64,000 bases of DNA from Lama guanicoe (lineage: Eukaryota): positions 13,940,373 to 14,004,372 of the forward strand of contig MU053881.1 of NCBI GenBank assembly GCA_013239625.1. The letters are read 5' to 3'. The translations under genes were made by a program, and so were the position numbers. The notes beneath the pieces are model-generated. The model was not told where the DNA came from and did no database searches. It saw nothing but the letters and a program-made list of their open reading frames with translations. Below are positions 53,504-64,000 of the stretch, piece by piece. How positions within the stretch are numbered: the stretch's first letter is position 1; every line of letters starts with the position of its first letter.

Positions 53504-54169
53504 GAAGATTAAAACTTAGCATATTGTGTCCAAATACTTATACCATGAGTTTTGTTCAAAAAGTACATCGCCTTTAGGAGACCAAGTCCTTGGAGGACAG
53601 TTGACTGTCATCTCTCATCATCTTCCTTGTGAAGAAGACCAGGAGCAAGGGAGGATCATCCACACTGTAAACTCAGCAGCATATATAAACCAAAGAGTAG
53701 TAGGAATTTGCTCTTATGAAACGAATTTGAATGGATCCTTTCCACAGAATTTCCCAGAGGAAATAAAAGCTACGAAGGATAGTGGGCTATTAATCACTGC
53801 TGAGGTTGATGGAAAATCAAACATGGGCCTGTCGTCCTATTCTTCAGCCTAGTTCAAAGGTAGTTCCAATGTAGAATTGTGGGGAGGGCCATTTATCAAC
53901 AAGCAAGTCTCCATCTGACGTTAGTGATGTGATTGCATAGGTGGGATTCACACCCTGCCAGGCACCAAAAGTCCAGGCAGACCCTGGAAATCAGAAACTA
54001 GACTCAAATCAATAGGAAATACAGAAGACAAAGTGAAGGAGACAACTAATGGAAGAGGCAAGGACGTGAGAGCAAGAAATGAGGGTTGCTAACTATTGAG
54101 GGAGTGGTAGAACAAAGAAAAATTCTGGAGTTCAGTAAGATTTTGGAAGACTTTCCCAAAGATCTTTGG
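53504..54169 (+). pseudogene. Large decayed exon, 666 nt, with stops and frameshifts (ends ...EQRKILEFSKILEDFPKDLW)
   Basis: CTAAC branch point 53481-85, T-rich tract, cag; TGG|gtaaga donor; 108-codon open stretch; repeat-free. Confidence 0.55.
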
Positions 54170-56000
54170 GTAAGAGTGTCCCTTGCAAGTATTGGGTGCC
54201 TGAGATGTTCTTCCTGTTGAGGCACAGTCGGAGACACCTTCACATCTGATACTTCTGCCTCCACCATGCTGTTTAGGAAAAGCATCAAGGAAACATCTCA
54301 CTGGATGAATCAAATCTTTGAGTCTCATGAAAATGTCACACCGTGGTACTCAGAGCCTTCTGCCCTTGGACCAAAGTCCCAGGAGACACTGTGTATACCA
54401 CTATTTATAACTATGGATTGAATGTTCCAGCCTTTAGCCAAACCATGTTGTTAAAGATGACACCTAAGTTTTTGGAGTCCATCCTCCATTACCTTTTCCT
54501 TCCCTATCTTTGATAATAGAAGAATATTAAAAGGTGATAGAAATAGGCATAGATTTATTGGGGCTCCTGTCAGTGAGTGAATATTAATTTGGAATTTATG
54601 GCCCTTAGACACATCCATACAGAGAGCTTAAGAAATCTTAGAACGTTTTTAGAGGGGTTCTCAGTCTAGTCCGTACACCTATGGTAACTCTATGTATGTC
54701 TACTGCCAACTTATGTAAAACAATCAAATTTGATTTAAAAGGGTCGGAGGAGAGAATGAAGTTCCTTTCTCTGGTCAATCCATTGACAAGTATTTATTGA
54801 TTCCTTACTCTAAGCTCAGGATGGGGATGCAAAAGTCTATGCAAGAAGCCAGGTGCAATTCCTGAAGAAAAGTTAAATTCCAGTTGCAGAGAATACTATG
54901 CGACAGCTTATGTTCCAAGCAATCTGTAATTAGCAGTGAAATTATATTGGTGATGATAAAGAATCCAAAAGGAGGTGGACCAATGAGAATAAAGAAATTT
55001 GGGAAGGCTTCGTGGAGAAAATGTAAAAGATAACGTCGACGAATAAAAACCAGCATTCCACAATCGTGCGTGTGTGTTCTCATGTTGGGGTTGGAACTAC
55101 AGCAGATGCTGTTTCTGTTCTTACTTTATTTTATTGCCCACACACAAGTTATTTTATGATGACTCATAACAATGGGCGATCTTGATTCAGGGTTCAAAGA
55201 GTACCACACACTCCGCCTGCATTACCTATGAATTAGGTGGTAGTTGTCCTTCGCACTGTAGGTGGGGTCATTAAGTCATAAAGGGGTAAAGTAACTTGAC
55301 TAAGAAGCCAGCTAGTAAAAAGCCAGTCTTTGAAACCAGAAATGTTGAATTTAAAAGCCGTAGTTTCTAAGCAGGATCATACACTACATCTTTGGTCTCC
55401 ACCGAAATTAGGGGACAATTTCTTAAGAATTTGTGCTGCATGTAGGTCGTGGATTTTCCTCCAAAGTGACATTACAGAAACCTAATTTTACCAGACTACA
55501 CAATTCCAGCTATATCATGAAATTTTCAAAGACATTATAACCAAAGTTCATATGAATTGAAATTAAAAAGAATAATGCAAGCTCCCCCTTCCCCTGCCCG
55601 CAGTGTTAGGAGTTGGGGAAATTGGTGCTGTGGAATCCCAAAGAGCAAACAGTAGGCCACTTTGGGAACTGGGGCATTCAAAAAGTCAAACACTGAAAGC
55701 CAAAAATACGGAAAGTTCATTTTGTCTTTTAACTCGGACTTCATGACACGTGTGACGCTGACAGTCTGTGGTGATACAAGGTGATAAGAAGGTGGTAACA
55801 GTGACCTTGGCACAGATCAGGCTAACAGTTACATATGTGCAAAGGATGGGAATGAGCATTCATTGAATGCCAGATGCTGTGCTAAGAATAGAAAACGTTT
55901 TATGTTAAGAGTGTGTATAAAAGCAATTATCATGATGTAAGCCACAGTGAATCAATCTTTCATCTCCTGAAATGAGATTTTTCTTTCTTTGTCATTACAG

Positions 56001-56067
56001 ATACTGACCCAGATTATTTAAAAGAAGAAAAGCAACACCATTTCCATTGTTGATCTTCCTTTGTTTG
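56001..56067 (+). pseudogene. Decayed exon (ILTQII*KKKSNTISIVDLPLF)
   Basis: 'ttctttctttgtcattacag' acceptor, TTG|gtaagt donor, phase 0-1. Confidence 0.6.
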
Positions 56068-56229
56068 GTAAGTTTCCGTTCTTAGATATTTCCTTCCATG
56101 AAGTTTTGCTTTCAAAATACGATTATAATATATATTTGTTGCTTGCGTCTCTTTAGAATCCCTGACTTCCTTCTAACTAGATAACCCTCTTTTCTTGTGA
56201 ATAATATATTCAATGTGGTTAAAACACCC

Positions 56230-56540
56230 GGCCACCGCGTATGTATGTGGCCTGCTTGGGGACACATACCCAATCCAAAGTGAACCAGTCAGAGGTTTTT
56301 CTGGGACTTTGGCCAAAAAAAAAAAAAAAAGAAAAAGAAATGTGTTGTGAAAGATTTGGTAATGAGGCTTTTAGGCTGAGTCAGTCTGTGTGTGTCTGGA
56401 GCTTCCAAAGGCCATCTGGGCCACCACGTGGAGAAAGCCAGCCTAAAACACACAAGGAGAGAGCTAGTGAATTGTTGGAGCCCTTGGATCTCTGAACGTT
56501 CCAGTTCTGTGAGCAAGTATGTTTCCCTTTTTGCTAACAT
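56230..56540 (+). mobile_element. MLT1J/H-like LTR fragment
   Basis: 'gagcccttggatc...ccagttctgtgagcaagtatgtttccc'. Confidence 0.55.
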
Positions 56541-56764
56541 AGCTGGGTAGAAATACAGTGATCATGGTGACCTCACTGCGACAGTGCGAAGTGGCGGAAG
56601 TACACTGGGTGAAAAGTTGTAAGATATTCCCGGCAGTGACCTTGACTCATGACCCTCAAGCAAACTGCTAATTCTTCCTGAGTCTGTCTCCTTTATCAGT
56701 GATATGCTAACATTGGATCCCTTAAAACCTGAGGCCCTATTTTATCTTCGCTTGTTTTTCCAAG

Positions 56765-57373
56765 TTTTGTGGGCGAGAGGTTCTTGTCTTGTTGCAGAAA
56801 GAATACAGAAATAAGACACGGAGGTTAAGAAAGCAAAGCAAGGATTTATTAAGGGATAGATAGTACGCTCTCAAGGAAAGAGCGGGCAGACCTGGGTGGG
56901 TGGCTGCCCCGAGCTTCCTTGGCAAGCTCGTTATGTGAGTGCAAAATGGGCAGAATATTCATTGGTGCGGAGGGGTTTGGGGTCATCTTTCCTGATCTTC
57001 ATCCCAGCCCCACCTTCCCAGGTGGGGAGGGGAGGGATTTTTTTGTCCTTGTTTAGTCTTGATTGGGAAGTTGCATGAACTCATAAAGAACAAAAGGTTA
57101 CTTTCAGAGGGGGATATTATAAGCGAAAGGTTACATTTGGACAGAGGTCATAATGATCGAAAAGTTACATTCCAATGGTGAGGGTTCCTGTCCTGCCCGC
57201 CATTCTGCCTCCAGGACCCTTGTCAACCCAGAAGGTATGTTTTTTTTATCAGTCCAGAGGATCCTGTTTTTCTTGGTTTGTCCAAGGACCCCCATTGTTC
57301 TCAAGATGTATGGTTTTCTGCCATTTGGCCCTTGTCCCCCTTTCTCATATCTAGCTACCTGCCTGCTTTAACA
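56765..57373 (-). mobile_element. ERV (ERV1-like) solo LTR, probable TSD CAAG
   Basis: Related to 34072-34716; caag on both flanks; ends ...taaca. Confidence 0.8.
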
Positions 57374-59605
57374 CAAGTTCCATTGCTTAAACTCTGTAAA
57401 TTCTTAGTTATCTCTCCCCTAGAAGTCATAGGGTGTGGTAAGGCACACACATACTGCTGTTCAGTACATCTAGCTAATGCAAGGTCTTCATTTCTAGATG
57501 AAGATCACATTTCTCTCTTCCCAGGTCTCACTCCACCTCTGTCTCAAGCAGCTACCTTGCAAATACGTGTTATTAGACAACTTTAGAGCCTGCACAACAG
57601 TTCATGTTTGGCTCTGAGAAAATCCATCCCTTCTACCAGGAAAGTCAACTTGAGTACTCGTATTTGATGGAGAGAAAATTGTGCACAAAAGCCACTATGC
57701 AATGTCTCTTACTTAGTCTTTATCCTTTATAGTCGTAGAATGCCTGTTCCAATCAGTGACGGCTACACAAACGCCTAGTGCAAACTCCCAATTCTTCGGA
57801 AAAGGGGATTCTTACCCGTGACACTCCAGCATAAACATGTGTGTGCTAATCCACTGAGACTAGAAATTCCACTTTAAACTAGCAGCTGTATCATAATTCT
57901 GCTGAATGTTCTGTACTATTTGTCATTTACCTCCCAAACCAAGTCAGAAGTATTACATATGGAGATCGGCATGTCTTTGGATTTCCATGCGTACAGATTA
58001 TTAAAACTGAACAATTTTAGAAAATCCTGAGATCCTCCCTCCTGACATTCTGCTGTGTGGCAAGTTGCTCAGGAAAAGTCCCAGTTCTTGGTATCCCAAA
58101 ATACAGATTAAGCCTCACACAAAAACCAAGAACTTACTTGAAAAGTAAAAGATGTCATTATTATTTATTGGCTACCGACATAACAAGACCAGTGGTATAG
58201 TGAGTTCTCCTAGTCAGCTCCTGTTATATCTACCTGTCAACTGACTTAACTGCTGGTGTACCCAGATATTAACAGATGGGGTTCACTAAGTGTTAATAGC
58301 CACTGTATGTAAACTCTGTAGATACTTACATAGCCAGCCATTTATAACTCTCATAACATCCTAGACATACACAGAGATATTTATGTGACTTGTAAGTCGT
58401 TTTTTATCTTATTAGCCTAGACTTGTTAAGACTGCCTCCTTAACAATTCATTTTCTGGGACCCTCTAGTTGATTGGCCATGTAAGCAGAGAGAATTTGGA
58501 AACCTAATAGGCTATGTCAGAGAGTTGGACAATCTCTAAAACTTGCAACTTTCAACTTCTAAAATTCTCCCCTAAATCTGATCAGTGATGTACTGAAATT
58601 AAACATGCTTGCAAAACTTTATGCAGTTTCTCTTTTCACAATTACACTCAAGGAGAGACCTTTTGCTCTCATTTAGAATAAACCTTGAAAGTTAGGTCTG
58701 TTGTGCGTGCGATGATCCAGTGGGAGCAGCTCTGGGCTGGGACGCTCCTGGCCTGTGTCGCTTCTCTGTGCCTGGACTATGAAGGCAGCCTCCTGCTTGT
58801 TCCTGCCGCTATAACTCCCCTTAGTGATTCATTCTAACTGACACCAAATGGGCTTTTGAAATTGACAGGCTGGCAGGTGTCGCCAGATCACCATCCCAGT
58901 TGCAAACCCCCCATTGGCTGCTTCTTGGAATTAATAATGAGAGCAGTAATAACATTAATGATTGGGAGCCAATGCTAACTAGATTTACTCTGTGCTAGGC
59001 TCTATGTGATGGAGTGTACATTTTCTTTTAATCTTAAAAATAACTCTCTGAAAGTTCATGATTGTGGGAACTGAAGCCCAAAGACATCAAATGACTTATC
59101 CAAGATCATATGGCTAGTGTGTGATGGAGCTAAGACGCAATCTCACATCTGTCTGACTTCAGTTGATACTCTCAGCCATGATACTACCCTGCCTTTTCTT
59201 CTCAGTGAAAGACAGGCTCCTTGGCCAGTCTTTCCTCAAATGGAAACCTTTCATTTGTTCTCACAAATCTCTTGTTACTCTTTAATATACACCCTCTTCC
59301 CCAGCTCAGTTTTCTCTTTGTTTTGTTTTGTTTTTTTTTTTAAGTCATATTCCATCTTTCAGTTCATTGGTTTTTCCATTTCTCCCAACTTTTCCACTTT
59401 GGCTCTTTTCACCTTTATGTACTGTACCCATTCTTGTCATCCTTAGTCATTCAGTGAACAGGTCATTATTATTAAGCACCTGCTAATTGGTTATTATCCC
59501 TGTCTTCCATAAATTCATTGACTAGTGGGGGCATCAAATATAGGGTAGGATGGGGGCCGTTCCAGAATAGAAGTAGCTGAAAAGATGAAAATGTTTCTAT
59601 TTCAG

Positions 59606-59678
59606 TGCCTAATGCTTCAAAAACTATCAGTGAAGACTCAAAGTCCTCATCACTTCATTAGATCTCCTACCTTCAGGG
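59606..59678 (+). pseudogene. Decayed exon (PNASKTISEDSKSSSLH*ISYLQG)
   Basis: 'tttctatttcag' acceptor, GG|gtgaat donor, phase 1-2. Confidence 0.45.
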
Positions 59679-59992
59679 GTGAATAATCTTATTTCTCTCC
59701 AGTAATTTATAAGCTTTTTGAGCATAAAATAAAACCTTATGTTTCTTTTGTATCACTTTGCCTTAGGAAACCCACTTACAAGTTTTAAGTGCTACCTACC
59801 TTTGCTAGAGAATTTCTTGGTGGCATGTCTGTGTTAAGTAACATGAATGTCTCTATCTGGAAATACACTTTCCAATATATTGAAGGTTATTGTGCTGAAG
59901 GATACAGGCACTAGAGTAGAAACCAGGAATTTAAGGATCAAGACTAAGAGCCTCTGATGGACGTGTGCCATCTGATAAATATCCTCTCTCAG

Positions 59993-60052
59993 GATAGAAG
60001 TGACAATTTTTGCCTTTTGGGCTTCACAGAACTATTGTCTTAAGCTAATTAG
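59993..60052 (+). pseudogene. Exon (IEVTIFAFWASQNYCLKLI)
   Basis: 'cctctctcag' acceptor, AG|gtaagt donor, 60 nt, phase 2-2, open. Confidence 0.55.
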
Positions 60053-60134
60053 GTAAGTGACATCAAAGGCTTTAGAAAGCATATTCTCTACCAGTGAGTC
60101 TTAAAATGTGGTCTGAGGACCCCTACGGGCTCCC

Positions 60135-60482
60135 TGTTTCAGAGTTCAACCAGAGATACCAAACCAATAGGTGCTACATATTAAGCGATTTACTGCAAGG
60201 AGTTGGCGTACATGATTGTTGGACCGGCTGGGCAAGAGTGACATCCATCGCGTAGGCCGCTGGGCAGGCCAGGCTGGAATTCTAAAGCAGGAGCTGAAAC
60301 TGCTATCTCAGATGAAATTCCTTCTTCTTCTTCCCGGAAGAATGTAGCTCTGTTTCCAAGGCCTTTCAACTGATCGCATCAGGCCCTGTTTAAGGTGGAC
60401 TGAGTATGGACTTCAGTCACACCTACAGAATACCTTCATGGCAACACCCAGCCTAGGCTGCATAACTGGGGGCTGCAGCACA
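60135..60482 (-). mobile_element. MLT2-like LTR
   Basis: 'gatttactgcaaggagttggc...gcctttcaactgat...aataccttcatggcaacacc'. Confidence 0.75.
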
Positions 60483-60846
60483 AAACTTACTTGGTGGCAA
60501 AGGACCGAGTAGTCACCATCAGGAACACGAGCCGCTGCTTTTCAGCTGAGCCTGTCCCCCTGTCTCAGTACTGTTCAGTATGAAGCCTTTGCACCGTTAT
60601 TCGGTCTCTGCTTTCTAAAACTACTTCAGAAACCAAAGTCATTGATGAAGGCCCAGACTGAGACTTCACACTCCTTCGAACTGCTCATCCTAAGAAGTTT
60701 GTTCTGCCACTATGCAGAGAAAGAGCAAAGCTTAGGTTTGGGGAGAGGTAGACAAGACTCACCCAACTCCCCTCATTGACTCCATGAGTCAGTCTTATGA
60801 TGATCATCTTAACCCGTTACCTCAGGAGTTCAGGAAGCACCTAAGG

Positions 60847-61073
60847 CAGGATTTCTCAATCTCAGCACTGCTGATATTTTGGGCCAGGTAATTCTTTGTC
60901 ATGGGAGGATGTCCTGTGCAGCTGCAGGACGCTTGTCAGCATCCCTGGGCTCCACCCACTGGATGCCAGTAGCATCCTCATCACAGTGTGACAGTCACAG
61001 GTGTCTCCAGATACTGCCAAAAGTCCTCAGGGAAGGGGTGGGGGGAGTAATCATCCCTTGTTGAGAACCACTG
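60847..61073. mobile_element. MER20 hAT MITE
   Basis: TIRs 'caggatttctcaa' / 'ttgagaaccactg'; typical MER20 body. Confidence 0.9.
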
Positions 61074-61203
61074 ATTTAGGGGTGTTCGTGCATGGCCCTT
61101 GAAGGGTCTCTTACGTCTTTTTAGGCTGCTTACACTGAATTCTTCATGCGAGCGTTCTGGTAAATGAAACGTGTTTCATCATGTTACATCTCCGGAGACG
61201 TTT

Positions 61204-61218
61204 GTTGCCCTGGGCAAC
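61204..61218. promoter_or_regulatory. Palindromic RFX X-box GTTGCC-CTG-GGCAAC
   Basis: Exact match to GTNRCC(N0-3)RGYAAC in unique DNA. Confidence 0.45.
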
Positions 61219-62114
61219 CGCCCCGCTGTCCACCCCCTTGCCTCAGTCCTGAAGGGACTAGTTGTGTGGCTAATCTCTTCTATTACCAGTTCCTCATGGT
61301 TTTATTATTGCTCAGTGCCTTCTTCGAGCCCTTGTTCATTAATCCCACCCTAGTACTGTAGCTGGGTAACGAGCTAAAAGGCCTCGAGTTGCTTTCTAGT
61401 CCAAGTTCTTAAAACATTATGTTGCTTTTTCAGTGAAGATTAATCTAGACCCTTGCCTTTCTCCTGATTAAAATTAAGACGGATAAGCACTGACTTATCA
61501 AAGTGACCACAAGAAGATTCTTTCCCCACAACTTCCTCTATTTCAGTCTATCTGAAGGATTTTATTACCCTGTCTTTTATGTGAATAATTATGTCAATCT
61601 ACTAAAGTTGTTGAGAAATTAAATGAGTCACATTATGTAGAGTGCTTAACCCAGTGCTTGGCACAGCGTAACCACTCAAAAGTAATTATAACAATTATCA
61701 CCAGTAAAATTTGCACAGCCTAGAGGAGATCATTGGCCTTAAGCTTATGAACTTAATCCTGATTGTATGATGCGGGTGGGTGGGAGATGTTGGGGGCAGA
61801 AGTCTCTGTCAGCAATTATTTCTTTAATTGGCCATTTCGGGGATCAAGGATGTAAAGACTAACCCCAACAAACTGTCTAAAAATCACGTGTGCAGAGAAG
61901 GATGCGGCCAAGGTGGAAAGCAAATACACACAAAATGAGTAATCCACTTAAGTGCAGAAAAGCTGACTGCAGAAAAGGTGAACTGCAGAAAGCACTGTGA
62001 TGTGTGATCTTTTAAGTAGAAGGATTAGGGAATTCTAGCAGCCAGACAGGAAACATGGCCCCTCTAACAAAAAGTGTACATAGTGTTTGCTGTCTAGTAC
62101 TTGCTGTTAGGGTT

Positions 62115-64000
62115 CTAATTAGCCAGGCAGCAGTATTTAATTCCAGTGTCACGATACAAATAACGTGCCACATGCTTGTTAGTATTTACAGTTTCTAAGC
62201 AGCTTGGAAGATGGGCTTATGCTCTGAGGACTCTGCATCCATCAGTCAGCATGATATTCCGAGAAATACTCTGGACTCTCTTGTCCCCAGATTGCATGTG
62301 CCTCTCTCTTTATTGGGGAAGTGGAGAGGGAAAGAGCCCTGGTTCTAGGAGTGAGGAGATGTGGTTTGGGGTTTCATCTCTGCCCCCAACTTCCTGTGTG
62401 GCCTTGAGCGGATTTACTAATTGCTCTCGGCTTCAGTGTCCTTCCCCACAGCACTAGGAAGCTGGGCTAAACAACCTCCAGTTCTGATGGAGATTAACCA
62501 CATCTGTGACTCTAGGTCACACTAGTGCCGTGGGACTCTGAGAAAAGAGAGGGAAAGAAACAAGGGCTTGCAGAGCATTCTTGTCTTTAGCAGATGGGAA
62601 ACTGTGAAATGCCAAGTGCCTCTGGAAAAAACTCTAGCCTGTCCAAATTGTTAGACAAATTTTATGTTCTTAAAACCTCCTGGCTTGTACCTTACAGTTA
62701 CAGCTATTCATGTGTTAGGGGTTGTGAATGTTTCATCCCTTCTAAAATGTTCATATCCATATTTCTTCTTAGTAGTCTGATGGGATCCAATGGTGCATGT
62801 AAGTTCACGGTTAACATAGTAACCAACTAAGATCACATGGAAAGATTTTCATGAAGCTAAATATTATGTTCATTTCTTTTCACCTCCTTTTTATTCCTAA
62901 CCTTGTCAGTATTCCCCTGTTTTTAATCCTCAAATAGACTTGTTACTTGTTTTACCTTCTCTTTTATTTGTTTATCGCCAATAACTATCCATCAATATAG
63001 CAACTTGTTCATAACATTTACCTTTATTAGCCAAGTAACTGGCAACTCAGTTTAAAACAAAAATACACATGGAAGTTTCCTTTTAAGGGTATAAATCAAA
63101 GTTCTCGATAAGCTCATGAACAGTTCTGATATTCTGTATGTCTGAAGTATTTACATAATCCATAAGTACGATATATTGCTCCCACTTCCCTTACTTTGTA
63201 TAATCAAAATGTAATCGATAAGGACCAAGACTCCAGCAAAATGGGACTTCTGAAGCTTTGAGGGCAAATTCATCACCAGCAGGCACATTAAAAGTCACTG
63301 CAGAGAGTCTTTGCTTTCTTAAGTGCCCTTGAAAAACCCAGCAACTGAATTATGCTCCAGGCCCCCAAGGAGTGCTACAAGGTTATAATTGTCTCACTTA
63401 ATTACATGCACATCGAAAGGTAAATGGACAGAGTCTTTTTTTTTTTTTTTGTACCACGTACAGAGAATAGAATCACTTGTGAAGTTTGATCTTGCCGGCT
63501 CACGGAGTCCCAGAGAGTAGAAATGTAGGCGAGGACCATGTCGCACAGCGATGGAGCTGTGAACACACACAGCCGGGCCGAGGACACTGCCGGCACTGTT
63601 CTGCCCCGAGCCCCGCACCCACACTCGGGCCATTCTTCCCCTTCTGGCGGGGCCCTGGTGATGCAGCTTATTGGTCCTTTCTCCTTCATCGGTCACGGTC
63701 GTTTCTGTCCTGGCCATCTTCTTCTCTGAGTTCCCAAGGGACTGAGCGGAAGGCCTCGCGTTGACTCCATCAGATAGAATCAGAGAAATGAAAAAAGCCA
63801 TAGGAAAGAGAAGTGGGCTTTCAACCAAGCTGTGCACGGGAGACAGTGCCTCTTTTGAGCCCTGTCTTCCGTAGTTTCTAATGGAGCCCGGCCGGGAGAG
63901 ACGTCAGCTTTGCAAGTAAGTAAAAGCATCTCGGCCCTTCGCATGGATTAGGGGAAATCACTGCCTCCTTTGGTCACAGATTCTTCGTTTTGAATCAGGC
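62115..64000 (-). other. Probable 3' UTR/terminal exon of an unidentified minus-strand gene whose CDS lies beyond the window
   Basis: Minus-strand AATAAA (63023-63028) and ATTAAA (62136-62141), each preceded by TGTAAATA (63148-63155; 62183-62190); repeat-poor. Confidence 0.5.

Noticed and set aside
34072..57373. Provirus bounded by the two related LTRs
   Set aside because: 22 kb apart, clearly diverged, no gag/pol/env between them, and the second has its own probable TSD
63394..63837. 147-aa minus-strand ORF
   Set aside because: No recognisable domain, runs through an A tract, lies in probable 3' UTR
1..64000. Prokaryotic-type systems (CRISPR, operons) or intact CDS from the ORF track
   Set aside because: Mammalian repeat-rich DNA; ORFs are short, overlapping, and none resembles a protein I recognise except L1 ORF2 tails

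Overview
Mammalian genomic DNA, most likely camelid. This is inferred from tRNA-derived Vic-1-like SINEs and recurring young L1 3' ends, and from seeing no Alu, Bov-tA/BovB or PRE-1. No intact protein-coding gene is visible; the ORF track looks like chance or repeat-derived ORFs. Much of the window is interspersed repeat: MIR, L2, old and young L1, MaLR/ERV solo LTRs and hAT fossils. There is also a 279-N gap and a 300-bp CA/TA microsatellite. Two signals are not explained by repeats. (1) A + strand chain of splice-flanked, largely phase-compatible, stop-interrupted exon-like segments runs from about 30.8 to 60 kb, headed by an RFX X-box, a GCCACCATG Kozak start and a donor. I read this as a candidate decayed (unitary) multi-exon gene that I cannot name. 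(2) The last ~1.9 kb looks like the 3' UTR of an unidentified convergent minus-strand gene with two poly(A) signals. Repeat family names are from recalled consensus sequences and boundaries are approximate.
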